A stretch of DNA of 62,946 nucleotides, counting the filler, from Anaerolineae bacterium (lineage in GTDB: Bacteria > Chloroflexota > Anaerolineae > B4-G1 > DUEL01), in the NCBI GenBank assembly GCA_041082215.1. It is 6 parts of 6 records of this genome, joined end to end, with 100 filler letters (N's around TTAATTAATTAA, not from the genome) between each part and the next. Parts side by side here need not be neighbours in the genome. Positions count along the whole stretch, not along the records: positions 41,019 to 53,359 come from JBDOIF010000059.1; positions 53,460 to 57,952 come from JBDOIF010000119.1; positions 58,053 to 60,687 come from JBDOIF010000135.1; 3 more parts are not named here. The stretch is one strand, 5' to 3'. This document shows positions 50,105-59,006 of this stretch, piece after piece. Each line of letters opens with the position of its first letter. Positions within the stretch are counted from its first letter, which is position 1. The notes beneath the pieces were generated by a model. The model was given only the letters and a program-made list of their open reading frames with translations, ran no database searches and had not been told where the DNA came from. Both the position numbers and the translations under genes were made by a program.

Positions 50105-51422
50105 GCACTGGATCGGCCTGGCAGGGGTTGTGGTGCTGGTAGCGGTGCATGCAACCCTGGCCGCAGCCCGGTCGGCCTTTGCCAGTGTGCGTCGGAGCCA
50201 GTTGAGGGAGATGGCGGAGGACGGCCTTCCCTATGCCAGGTTGGCTGCCCGGCTGGCTGAAGATGCCAGCCGGCTGCTGGGGACGCTTTATCTGGCCAAG
50301 GCGTTGGCGGCGACGATGGCAGCTGTTCTGGCTGCCCTGGTTCTGATTGCCCCCCTCGCGGCTCCGCTGGTCCAGGTGGGCCTGCCAGACCCCTGGGCGA
50401 AGGGGGTGGCGGCGGTTGTGGTGGTAGGGGGATTGGCCCTCTTTAACGCCACCACGGGGCGGCTGGTGCCGGAGGCATTGGCCGCTGCCAACCCGGAGAA
50501 ATGGGCCCTCCGACTGGCCTGGCCGGTCAACGGACTGGAGATCATGCTCTGGCCGCTGGTCCGCCTGACGGTCTGGCTCAGCAACCACCTTGCTGTCTCT
50601 CTGGGTGGAGTTCCCTTCAGCGGCGCCTCGCTGATCACCGAGGAGGAGATCCGCATGCTGGTGGACGCCGGGGAGGAGGAGGGGGTCATCGAAGAGGAAG
50701 AAAAGGAAATGATCTACTCCATCTTCCAGTTTGGCGATACCCTGGCGCGGGAGGTCATGGTCCCCCGCATTGACATCGTGGCTCTGGAGGCCGACACCCC
50801 TCTTCAGGAGGCACTGGAGGTAGTGGTCCGGGCCGGCCATTCCCGCATCCCGGTCTATGAGGAGACAGTGGACCACATCATAGGGTTGCTCTATGCCAAG
50901 GATCTGTTGATTTACCTGCGGGGCGAGGGGCCGGAGCCCGGGCTGCGGGAGATCCTCCGTCCGGCCTACTTCGTGCCGGAGACAAAGAAGGTGGACAACC
51001 TGCTGCGGGAGATGCAACAACGGCGGGTCCATATGGCCATCGTGGTGGATGAGTATGGGGGGACTGCCGGGTTGGTGACGGTGGAGGACATCCTAGAGGA
51101 GATCGTCGGGGAGATCCAGGACGAATACGACGCCGAGGAGCCGGTCTTCCAGCAGGTCGGTGAGGAGGAGTACATCCTCGACGCCCGGATGGACCTGGAC
51201 GACGTGAACAGACTGCTGGGGACTCAGTTGCCGACGGAGAAAGGCGACACCCTGGCGGGTCTGATCTATAGCGACCTGGGGAAGGTGCCCGCGGTGGGGG
51301 AGCAGCTCCGCATAGACGGCCTGCTCATTGAGGTGCTGACCGTGACCGGGCGGCGGATCCGTCAGGTGCGGGTACGGAGGGGACCGGCAGAGGAGATGGC
51401 GGATGGAGGCGTTCGATCGTGA
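50094..51422 (+). CDS. CNNM/DUF21-CBS-CorC hemolysin-family protein
   Basis: TM domain, [46 protein letters not shown]. Confidence 0.92.
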   Translation: MGPEHWIGLAGVVVLVAVHATLAAARSAFASVRRSQLREMAEDGLPYARLAARLAEDASRLLGTLYLAKALAATMAAVLAALVLIAPLAAPLVQVGLPDPWAKGVAAVVVVGGLALFNATTGRLVPEALAAANPEKWALRLAWPVNGLEIMLWPLVRLTVWLSNHLAVSLGGVPFSGASLITEEEIRMLVDAGEEEGVIEEEEKEMIYSIFQFGDTLAREVMVPRIDIVALEADTPLQEALEVVVRAGHSRIPVYEETVDHIIGLLYAKDLLIYLRGEGPEPGLREILRPAYFVPETKKVDNLLREMQQRRVHMAIVVDEYGGTAGLVTVEDILEEIVGEIQDEYDAEEPVFQQVGEEEYILDARMDLDDVNRLLGTQLPTEKGDTLAGLIYSDLGKVPAVGEQLRIDGLLIEVLTVTGRRIRQVRVRRGPAEEMADGGVRS

Positions 51423-51819
51423 GGAGCTGATCGCCCGGGCAAGGGAGGCCCGGGAGCAGGCCTATGCCCCCTATTCCGGTTATCGAGTAGGGGCAGCCCT
51501 CCTTGGCCGCTCGGGGCGGATCTTCACCGGCTGTAATGTGGAAAACGCTGTCTATCCGCTCTCCATCTGTGCCGAGCGGACGGCTGTTGTCAAGGCGATC
51601 TCCGAGGGGGAAAGGGAGTTCGTCGCGATCGCGGTGGTCACCGAGAACGGTGGGAGTCCCTGCGGCGCCTGCCGGCAGACGCTGCGGGAGTTCGGCGAGG
51701 GGATTCGGGTCCTTATCGCCGACGTCAGGGGGAACTACCGGGAGACCACCGTTGCCGCCCTGCTACCGGATAGCTTCAGTGAAGCGGATCTGACAAAGGG
51801 AGAGGGTTCGGGTTGCTGA
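51403..51819 (+). CDS. cdd: Cytidine deaminase
   Basis: AYAPYS.YRVGAA, GCNVEN, CAER, PCGACRQ. Confidence 0.95.
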   Translation: MEAFDREELIARAREAREQAYAPYSGYRVGAALLGRSGRIFTGCNVENAVYPLSICAERTAVVKAISEGEREFVAIAVVTENGGSPCGACRQTLREFGEGIRVLIADVRGNYRETTVAALLPDSFSEADLTKGEGSGC

Positions 51820-51823
51820 GCGC

Positions 51824-51851
51824 TTGACAACTTTCCCCTCTGTGGTATGAT
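51824..51851 (+). promoter_or_regulatory. Sigma70 promoter with extended -10
   Basis: TTGACA-16 nt-(TGn)TATGAT upstream of the riboswitch. Confidence 0.7.
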
Positions 51852-51879
51852 TAGGCAAAATTTCATAGCCCCGGCGGCA

Positions 51880-52012
51880 CTCTTATCCAGAGAGGCGGAG
51901 GGACCGGCCCTGTGAAGCCTCGGCAACCGGACCGGCGGCTGGTCAGCGACGAGCAACCGGCCCCGAGTCACGGTGCCAATTCCGGCAGAACGGAGGTTCT
52001 GGAAGATAAGAG
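51880..52012 (+). ncRNA. SAM-I riboswitch (S-box)
   Basis: CTCTTATCCAGAG-AGGCGGAGGGACCGGCCC..GAAGCCTCGGCAACC...GGTGCCAATTCC...GAAGATAAGAG, with P1 CTCTTATC/GATAAGAG. Confidence 0.93.
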
Positions 52013-52029
52013 GTGGTACGCCTGTCGTG

Positions 52030-52060
52030 CCCCTTCTGTCCTCCAGAGGGGGTTTTTTTT
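52030..52060 (+). terminator. Riboswitch expression-platform terminator
   Basis: CCCCTTCTG/CAGAGGGG hairpin followed by T8. Confidence 0.8.
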
Positions 52061-52140
52061 GCCCGCTTCCATAGCTGGAGCGGCGAGGCGGGCTGGCTCT
52101 TTGGTGGGGGATCGTCCGGCCGGGGGAAAGGAGAGCAAAA

Positions 52141-53328
52141 GTGACGGGACGGAACATCATTGTGACGGAGGCCACAGGTCAGTATATCGAGGACCTGCCG
52201 GTCGAGATCGTCGAGCGGAAGGGGATCGGCCACCCCGATAGCCTCTGCGACGGGATCGCTGAACGCATCTCCGTGGAATACTCCCGCTGGTGTCAGGAGC
52301 ACTTCGGCACCCTCCTGCACCACAATTTCGACAAGGTGCAACTGGTCGCCGGAGAGGTGGAGGTGGGTTACGGCGGCGGCTATATGATCCGCCCCATCCG
52401 CATCCAGATCGCCGGGCGGGGAACGCCGGCCTACAAGGGGCAGAAGATCCCTCTGGACACGATCGCCATCGAAGCGGCCCGGACGCACATCCGGGAGACG
52501 ATGCGTCACCTGGACCCCGATCGGCACATGGTCATTGACTCCTTTGTGGGCCGGGGGGCGGAGGAGCTGGCCTATGTGGTGGATCGAGTCACGGCCAACG
52601 ACACCAGCTTCGGCGTGAGCCACTGGCCCCGCTCCGGCCTGGAAAGGACGGTCTACGAGACCTCCCGGTACATCAACTTCCAGTTGATTGACCGGTTCCC
52701 CATCGGCGAGGACGTGAAGGTGATGGGGGCACGACACGACGACCAGATGGTCCTTACCGTCGCTCTCCCCTTCATCGCCGGACAGGTCCACGACGCGGCC
52801 GAGTACGTCGAGCTGCGGCGAGCTGCGCAGGAGGCGATCCAGACCTTTGCTGCGGAGCTGGATAGCCGCAAGGTCATCGTTCACGTCAACACCGCCGACG
52901 ACGTGGAGGCGGGTGCGGTTTACCTGACCCTCACAGGGACCTCGGCGGAGATGGGGGACGACGGCGCGGTGGGGCGGGGCAACCGGGTCAACGGGTTGAT
53001 CACCCCCTTCCGGTCCGCCAGCCTGGAGGCGGCCTGTGGCAAGAACCCCATCTCCCACGTGGGCAAGGTCTACAACGTCCTGGCGATGCTGGCAGCACGG
53101 GCTATCGTGGAGCGGGTGCCCACGGTGAAGGAAACGACGGTCTACCTGCTTTCCCAGATCGGCGCGCCGCTCGACCGGCCGCTGGTGGCGACGGCCTGCG
53201 TCCGCCCCGTCTCCGGCTCCCTCACCTCCAGCATCCGGGCGGACGTGCAGGCGGTGCTGGACGAATACCTGGCTCAGGTCCATACGGTGCGGGACCGGAT
53301 CCTCAGTCGGGAATTTCCGCTGTTTTGA
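52141..53328 (+). CDS. mat: Archaeal-type methionine adenosyltransferase
   Basis: [65 protein letters not shown]. Confidence 0.92.
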   Translation: MTGRNIIVTEATGQYIEDLPVEIVERKGIGHPDSLCDGIAERISVEYSRWCQEHFGTLLHHNFDKVQLVAGEVEVGYGGGYMIRPIRIQIAGRGTPAYKGQKIPLDTIAIEAARTHIRETMRHLDPDRHMVIDSFVGRGAEELAYVVDRVTANDTSFGVSHWPRSGLERTVYETSRYINFQLIDRFPIGEDVKVMGARHDDQMVLTVALPFIAGQVHDAAEYVELRRAAQEAIQTFAAELDSRKVIVHVNTADDVEAGAVYLTLTGTSAEMGDDGAVGRGNRVNGLITPFRSASLEAACGKNPISHVGKVYNVLAMLAARAIVERVPTVKETTVYLLSQIGAPLDRPLVATACVRPVSGSLTSSIRADVQAVLDEYLAQVHTVRDRILSREFPLF

Positions 53329-53359
53329 TCGTAGGGGCGACCTGCGGGTTGCCGTTGGT

Positions 53360-53459
53360 NNNNNNNNNNNNNNNNNNNNNNNNNNNNNNNNNNNNNNNNN
53401 NNNTTAATTAATTAANNNNNNNNNNNNNNNNNNNNNNNNNNNNNNNNNNNNNNNNNNNN
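53360..53459. other. Artificial contig linker
   Basis: N run + TTAATTAATTAA + N run. Confidence 0.98.
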
Positions 53460-53789
53460 ATCTTCACCCGAACGTACGATTTCATCACCTGGCTTCTGCC
53501 GGTGACCAACCACTTCCCCCGCGCGCATCGCTTCACCTTCACCCGCCGGCTGCTGGATGCCGCCTTCGATCTGCTGGAGCGGCTGGAGGAGGCCAATCAC
53601 CGCCAGGGGAAGCTTCGTCTCGCGCTGCTGAAGGAGGCGGACATCTATCTGGATCGGGTGCGGCTATACCTGCGAATGGCCACACGCTGGGAGTGGCTCT
53701 CTGCCGGTCAGTACCGTCATGCTGCGGAGATGGTGACGGAGATCGGTCGCCTTCTCGGAGGCTGGCAGAAGGTCACCCATGAAGAATAG
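53460..53789 (+). CDS. avd: DGR accessory variability determinant Avd (5' truncated)
   Basis: IFTRTYDFITWLLPVTNHFPRAHRF...LYLRMA..WEWLSAGQY......EIGRLLGGWQK, directly upstream of the TR. Confidence 0.9.
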   Translation: MFTRTYDFITWLLPVTNHFPRAHRFTFTRRLLDAAFDLLERLEEANHRQGKLRLALLKEADIYLDRVRLYLRMATRWEWLSAGQYRHAAEMVTEIGRLLGGWQKVTHEE

Positions 53790-53868
53790 GAGGCAACTCG
53801 CGGCCCAACCATCGGGCCGCCGTTGCGGGGGCGGGCCGGCAACTGCCGCCGGGCTGTGGAAGGGTGGG

Positions 53869-53990
53869 CCCGCGCGGTGCGCGGCGGCTCCTTCAACAAC
53901 AATCGCCGCAACGTGCGCTGCGCCTACCGCAACAGGGACAACCCCGACAACTTCAACAGGAATCAGGGGTTTCGTCCGGTGGCGGCCACG
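53869..53990 (+). repeat. DGR template repeat (TR)
   Basis: 122-nt ungapped match to the VR; nine AAC/AAT triplets in the target reading frame. Confidence 0.95.
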
Positions 53991-54182
53991 CTTTTCCGGT
54001 ATGCCGGAACTGCCCGGCGGGGAGGGCAACAACCAGAGTTGCCCCTGCCTTCCGGGCCGAGGCGAGAAAAACGGCGCGGCCCGCCCCTGGCCGGCGGGCC
54101 CTTCCCCCGGGATGGGATCCGCCGGGCGAATACGGAAGCGCCCTGCCCCCTGGGTTCATCTCTGGGGCTGGGCACGCCGCAG

Positions 54183-54215
54183 AGGTGCCAGGCGCCTCGA
54201 AGGCGCCTGGCACCT
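54183..54215. repeat. Perfect 14-bp hairpin upstream of RT
   Basis: AGGTGCCAGGCGCC-TCGAA-GGCGCCTGGCACCT. Confidence 0.8.
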
Positions 54216-54226
54216 GGCCCCAGCAA

Positions 54227-55279
54227 ATGTATACTCAACTCTGTTCGTGGGATAATCTGCTCCTGTCCTATCGCCGCGCCAGCAAGGGAAAGCGTGGCCA
54301 TCCATCCGTGGCCGCCTTCGAGTACCGCCTGGAGACTAATCTGCTCCAACTCCAACAGGAGCTGGCGACGAAGCGGTATCAGCCAGGCCCTTACAACTCC
54401 TTCTACATCCACGATCCCAAGCGCCGCCTCATCTCCGCTGCCCCCTTTCGGGATCGCGTGGTCCATCACGCCCTCTGTAACGTCATCGAACCTCTCTTCG
54501 AGCACCGCTTCATCTTCGATTCCTATGCCAACCGGGTGGGTAAGGGCACCCACCGGGCACTCGATCGGTGCCAGCAGTTTGCCCGCCGCTTCCGTTACGT
54601 GCTCCAATGTGATGTGCGCCAGTTTTTCCCCGCCATTGACCACGCCATCCTCAGGGAAACCCTGGGCCGCGTCATCGCTGACTCCAACGTGATGTGGCTG
54701 GTGGGCCGCATTCTGGAGAGCGGCGTTGGTGTGCTGAGCGAGGAGTACGAGATGGTCTACTTCCCCGGCGACGATCTCTTCGCCGCCCTCCGCCCCCGCG
54801 GCCTGCCCATCGGCAACCTGACCAGCCAGTTCTGGGCCAACTGCTACCTGGACCCCTTCGACCACTTCGTGAAGCGGGAACTGCGGTGCAAGGGGTATCT
54901 GCGATATGTAGACGATTTCCTGCTCTTCGCCGATGACAAGGCAACACTGTGGGCCTGGCAGGAGGCGGTGATGGCCCGGCTGGCCCAATTGCGACTCACG
55001 CTCCACGAAGAACGGGCACACCCTCGTCCGGTAACCGAGGGCATCCCCTTCCTGGGCTTCGTGGTCTATCCCACCCACCGGCGGTTAAAGCGGCGGAAGG
55101 GGATCGCCTACCGGCGGAGGCTAAAAGGGCTGCTGCGAGCATTCGCAGCGGGCCAGGTCTCGCTAGAACAGGTGGACGCTTCCGTTCAGGGATGGATCAA
55201 CCACATCCGGTACGGTGACACCTGGGGGTTGAGGCGGGCAGTATTTAACAGCCTGCCCGTCCATCCCCCTCCGGTATGA
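54227..55279 (+). CDS. DGR reverse transcriptase
   Basis: PKRRLISAAPFRDRVVHHAL, GKGTH, CDVRQFFPAIDH, GLPIGNLTSQFWAN, YLRYVDDF, FLGF; 350 aa with no maturase or endonuclease tail. Confidence 0.95.
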   Translation: MYTQLCSWDNLLLSYRRASKGKRGHPSVAAFEYRLETNLLQLQQELATKRYQPGPYNSFYIHDPKRRLISAAPFRDRVVHHALCNVIEPLFEHRFIFDSYANRVGKGTHRALDRCQQFARRFRYVLQCDVRQFFPAIDHAILRETLGRVIADSNVMWLVGRILESGVGVLSEEYEMVYFPGDDLFAALRPRGLPIGNLTSQFWANCYLDPFDHFVKRELRCKGYLRYVDDFLLFADDKATLWAWQEAVMARLAQLRLTLHEERAHPRPVTEGIPFLGFVVYPTHRRLKRRKGIAYRRRLKGLLRAFAAGQVSLEQVDASVQGWINHIRYGDTWGLRRAVFNSLPVHPPPV

Positions 55280-55325
55280 TCAGACGGCCGGCACCCGCTA
55301 CGACCAGAGGGACCAGAGACCAGAG

Positions 55326-57614
55326 CTATACCGGGGCCGCCACCGGACGAAACCCCAGCCTCCTGAGGAAGACGTCGGGGAAGTCCCCGCCGCGGTAGGC
55401 GCAGCGCACGAAGCGGCGACCGAGGTTGAAGGAGCCGCCGCGCACCGCGCGGGGGGCCGCCCCCTCCAGGCCGTTATCTTCCCTCTCCAGGTAGCCCCCG
55501 TAATCCCCTACCCACCTGGTGGCGCACCACTCCCACACGTTGCCGGCCATATCCGCCGCCCCGTAGGGGCTGTCCCCGTCGGGGGAGTACTGACCCACCG
55601 GGGTCGGGCGGCCAGGGCCGCCCTCGGCGCTGTTGCACCGCCTGGGATCCCATTCATCCCCCCAGGGGTACTTCCGGCCGTATTCGCCCCGCGCCGCCTT
55701 CTCCCATTCCGCCTCGGTGGGTAACCGGATCTGCCATCCCTCGGGCAGGGGCGCAGCGCGCTGCGCCCCTGCGGCCTCCACCGGCTGCCGCAACCGCTCC
55801 GTGAGCCAGCGACAGTAGGCCACTGCCTCGTACCAGGAGATGCCAACCACCGGTTGCAGGGGGTTATCAAACCCCTTATCGCGCCAGTAACGAGGTTCGG
55901 TCCAGCGCTCCTTCTCCTTCGCTGCCCATCCAGCCTCCGTCCAGTATCTGCGCTCCTTGTACCCACCTGCTTCCACGAAACGGCGGAACTCCTGGTTGGT
56001 CACCGGATAGCGGCCGATCCAGTATTCATAGGGAATGTCATAAGTGTGCCGTGGTTTCTCGTTGTCATAAGCGTCCGGGTCGTCGTCCGCGCTGCCCATC
56101 AGGAAGGGGCCGGCCGGGACGCGGACGAACTGGTCCATCACGAACTCGCCAGGGGACTCCGGCTGCCGCTCCAGCAGGCGGGGCGCAACCCGCCTCGGGG
56201 TGGGCTCCTCCACCTCCCCCACCGGCGGGGCGGTGAGGTGGATGTAAAGGTGGAGCTCCTCCGGCCCGATCTCGAATCCCTCCAGCTGGGCCAGCACGCC
56301 CTGCAGCCGCCGGTTCTCGCCGATCATGGCCTTCAGTTGGGGGTCAATGGGAGGTCCTCCCTCGTCGGCTTCCCTCCCCCGTTTTATGAACGCGATCCCC
56401 TCCCGGATGCGCTGGGGCCGCTCCCTCTCCGGCAATTGCTCCAGCCAGGCCCGGAACGTCTCCCCGCCTGCCTCTGTGAGCACCAGCCACAGATGGAAGT
56501 GGTCCCGATTCGCTCTCTCCGCCTGCCCGGAATTGAGCAGGAGCGCCCACTGTAGCTCGGCATAGTTGATAAAGGTCTTGATGCGGCGGGGGTTGGTCTC
56601 CCCCCCCCGGGTCAGCAGCCTGAGGCTTTCCACCAGCGATGGGTTGGCTTCCGCCAGCCGCTGTTCGCCGGCCCGGAGACCGTCCAGGAAGTCAGCCAGG
56701 CTCTGCTCCCCCTCCGGCTGCAGGGGCGGCAGATCGAACCGGACCTGGATGATCTTATCCAGATACCGCTGGCTCTCCCGCCGCAGTCCCTCGAAACTCC
56801 TGTAGTGGGCAGCCACCGCCTCCTCCACCACCTTCCGCGAGGCTCCGATCACGAAGACCGTGCCGGGCCTGTCCATCATCAGTTTGATCGCCTCCAGCAC
56901 CTGGACCGTCTTTTCCGGCAGGCAGCGGTCCAGGTCGTCTATAAAGATGGTCAGCACGCCGCGGCGGTCGTCAATGCATCGGTCGGGTGCATCGTCCCGG
57001 TAGAGCCACCAGCCCACCAGCCGGTCGAAGACCTCCAAGAACTCGTCCAGGAAAGCCAGGTTGGCCCTGAAGCGGGATTCGGCCTCAAAGCGGGTCAGGT
57101 CCAAGTCAATCTTGCCCAGGGAGAAGACCTGGGAGAGGGTACTGAGGACGGCCTCGGGAACCCGGAGTTGCGTTTGCTTGGGATCGGAGAGGGCAGCGTA
57201 GAGTCTGGTGATGGTTCCATCCCGCCGCATCTCCCGGAGCACTTCCTCCACCAGGGCGACGAAGAGAGCCTCCTCCCGGCTGTACTTCCAGGCGTTGAAC
57301 CAGACAGTGCGTACGGGACGGAACTGCTCATCGTCAGGCCACTTCTCCCCTTCTGCGATGAATCCAGGCCGCTTCTTGCGGTCGGTCGTCTGGTCCAGAT
57401 AGGCCCGCATCGCCCGCATCAGCGTCGTCTTGCCCGATCCCCACTCTCCGTGGATGCCGATGGTGAGGGGAGTGCAGGTATGCCTGGCGGCGATGATGCG
57501 GGCGAAGGTGCGGGCGTAGCTGTCAAACTGGAAGTAAGAAGGCTCTTCGGGCCGCAGCGGCTGGTCGTTGAAGATGAGCGGGGTGATCCAGCGCGGTTTG
57601 CTTTTCTCTGCCAT
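55326..57614 (-). CDS. DGR target: KAP-family P-loop NTPase fused to an FGE-sulfatase-type (CLec) domain
   Basis: GEWGSGKT, FNAWKY, FIDDLDRC, YLDKIIQ, NPRRIK; then FLMGS, YPVTN, PVVGISWYEA, RLPTEAEWEKAARG, DMAGNVWEW, VRGGSF...LGFRPV; ATG after GGAGG. Confidence 0.93.
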   Translation of the reverse strand: MAEKSKPRWITPLIFNDQPLRPEEPSYFQFDSYARTFARIIAARHTCTPLTIGIHGEWGSGKTTLMRAMRAYLDQTTDRKKRPGFIAEGEKWPDDEQFRPVRTVWFNAWKYSREEALFVALVEEVLREMRRDGTITRLYAALSDPKQTQLRVPEAVLSTLSQVFSLGKIDLDLTRFEAESRFRANLAFLDEFLEVFDRLVGWWLYRDDAPDRCIDDRRGVLTIFIDDLDRCLPEKTVQVLEAIKLMMDRPGTVFVIGASRKVVEEAVAAHYRSFEGLRRESQRYLDKIIQVRFDLPPLQPEGEQSLADFLDGLRAGEQRLAEANPSLVESLRLLTRGGETNPRRIKTFINYAELQWALLLNSGQAERANRDHFHLWLVLTEAGGETFRAWLEQLPERERPQRIREGIAFIKRGREADEGGPPIDPQLKAMIGENRRLQGVLAQLEGFEIGPEELHLYIHLTAPPVGEVEEPTPRRVAPRLLERQPESPGEFVMDQFVRVPAGPFLMGSADDDPDAYDNEKPRHTYDIPYEYWIGRYPVTNQEFRRFVEAGGYKERRYWTEAGWAAKEKERWTEPRYWRDKGFDNPLQPVVGISWYEAVAYCRWLTERLRQPVEAAGAQRAAPLPEGWQIRLPTEAEWEKAARGEYGRKYPWGDEWDPRRCNSAEGGPGRPTPVGQYSPDGDSPYGAADMAGNVWEWCATRWVGDYGGYLEREDNGLEGAAPRAVRGGSFNLGRRFVRCAYRGGDFPDVFLRRLGFRPVAAPV
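55332..55453 (-). repeat. DGR variable repeat (VR)
   Basis: Last ~40 codons of the target; 19 mismatches to the TR, 18 at TR adenines. Confidence 0.95.
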
Positions 57615-57782
57615 CGAGCCCCCTCCTAAAGTTGTTTCAGGTGGCGGAGCTTGCGCGGTTTCTTCACGTACCGTTTTGAAGTATAATCGTCTCGAAGAAT
57701 CCGCGCAAATCCGCTCATTCGTGTCATCTGGCCCATTCGTGGTATTCGTGATCCGCAAGCGCTTAGTTAGAGGGATGGGAAG

Positions 57783-57952
57783 ATGCCGTTTCTGGAAATC
57801 CGTCGCCTGCACAAATCCTACCCCGACGGCTGGACCCTTTCCGACGTCAGTTTCTCCGTCGAGGAGGGGGAGATCCTCTGCCTCCTGGGCCCCTCCGGCT
57901 GCGGCAAGACGACCCTGCTGCGGCTCATCGCCGGGCTGGAGGTGCCGGACGG
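57783..57952 (+). CDS. ABC transporter ATP-binding protein (3' truncated)
   Basis: [20 protein letters not shown]. Confidence 0.88.
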
Positions 57953-58052
57953 NNNNNNNNNNNNNNNNNNNNNNNNNNNNNNNNNNNNNNNNNNNNTTAA
58001 TTAATTAANNNNNNNNNNNNNNNNNNNNNNNNNNNNNNNNNNNNNNNNNNNN
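57953..58052. other. Artificial contig linker
   Basis: N run + TTAATTAATTAA + N run. Confidence 0.98.
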
Positions 58053-58400
58053 GGAGCCAGATACAACATCAAGATCAACACCATCGCCCCCATCGCCGCC
58101 ACCCGCCTCACCCAGGATATCCTCCCACCCGACCTCCACGACCGCCTCACCCCAGACTTCGTCTCCCCACTCGCCCTCTACCTCTGCTCCGAACAGTGCC
58201 CGGTGAGCGGCCGCATCTACCAGGCCGGGGGCGGCGTCTACGGTCGGGCCGCCGTGGTGAGCGGGCCGGGGGTCAGGCTGGGCACCGACAAGCCCCCCAC
58301 CCCCGAGGAGATCGCCGCCCACTGGCAGGAGGTCCTCTCGCTGGAGGGGGCGAAGGAATACGAGAACGCGAATGAGGCGTTGATGAGCATGTTGGAGTGA
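58053..58400 (+). CDS. C-terminus of an SDR oxidoreductase (hydroxyacyl-CoA dehydrogenase-like)
   Basis: GARYNIKINTIAPIAATRLT...PDFVSPLALYLCSE...SGRIYQAGGG. Confidence 0.8.
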   Translation, partial: GARYNIKINTIAPIAATRLTQDILPPDLHDRLTPDFVSPLALYLCSEQCPVSGRIYQAGGGVYGRAAVVSGPGVRLGTDKPPTPEEIAAHWQEVLSLEGAKEYENANEALMSMLE

Positions 58401-58469
58401 AACGTCAAACGTCAAACGTCAAACGTCAAACGTCAAACGTCAAACGTCAAACGTCAAGCGTCAAAGGTC
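58400..58469 (+). repeat. Heptamer array (AAACGTC)x8 plus 2 degenerate units
   Basis: Counted directly from the sequence. Confidence 0.95.
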
Positions 58470-58484
58470 AACGAGGGAGGAGCA

Positions 58485-59006
58485 GTGGATTACGAGGAGT
58501 GGCTGGTGACAGTCCCAGAGGAGATCAGGGCCGATTCTTTATGGAGAGTAACGGCCTACCGTCTGGCCCTGTTTTTGGGTGACCTGGGATGGCACGACAC
58601 AGCGAGGCTGGTCGAGGACCGGCGAATGGTCAGCCTGGCCGATCAGTTGTACCGGGCTTTGGGATCCATCAGCGCCAATCTGGCTGAAGGATACTCACGA
58701 GGGACTGGCAGGGACCGTGCCCGCTTCTACGAATACGCCCTTGGTTCCGACCGAGAAAGTCGGGATTGGTACTTCAAGGCCCGGCACATTCTTGGAGAGA
58801 CCGTGTTCCGGCACCGTCTACAATTGCTCACGCGGCTGATCCAGCTCATTCTGGTTATGATCCCCCAACAACGGGGGCGCTCCCTGCGGGAGCCGCTGGC
58901 CACCTATGGGCCGTGTGCCGACCAGGCAGAAATAGACAAGACTCATAGCGAGCTGGAAACCTCGCTCACCGCCCTACTCCACCATATCCCTCTCCCTGAC
59001 GCCTGA
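58485..59006 (+). CDS. Four-helix-bundle protein (23S rRNA IVS protein / bAvd-like superfamily)
   Basis: DQLYRALGSISANLAEGYSR...RFYEYALGSDRES motif; GGAGGAG RBS. Confidence 0.85.
   Translation: MDYEEWLVTVPEEIRADSLWRVTAYRLALFLGDLGWHDTARLVEDRRMVSLADQLYRALGSISANLAEGYSRGTGRDRARFYEYALGSDRESRDWYFKARHILGETVFRHRLQLLTRLIQLILVMIPQQRGRSLREPLATYGPCADQAEIDKTHSELETSLTALLHHIPLPDA

Larger units (their letters stand above)
53460..57614. mobile_element. Diversity-generating retroelement (avd-TR-RT plus convergent target gene)
   Basis: Avd, TR, RT and VR-bearing target on one contig, with adenine-specific TR/VR differences. Confidence 0.95.

Noticed and set aside
53864..54226. N-terminal extension of the RT ORF through the TR (471 aa call)
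   Set aside because: Low-complexity translation of the TR and spacer; RT-like sequence begins at MYTQLCSWDNL.
52141..55279. Functional link between the SAM riboswitch/mat and the DGR, or between the DGR and the four-helix-bundle gene
   Set aside because: They are separated by artificial linkers, so real adjacency is unknown.
54227..55279. RT as a group II intron, retron or CRISPR-associated RT
   Set aside because: The GNLTSQ motif, short length, upstream avd and TR/VR pair all point to a DGR.
58397..58582. ORF MKRQTSNVKRQTSN..., or a CRISPR array
   Set aside because: It is the translation of a 7-nt tandem repeat; there are no spacers and no cas genes in the window.
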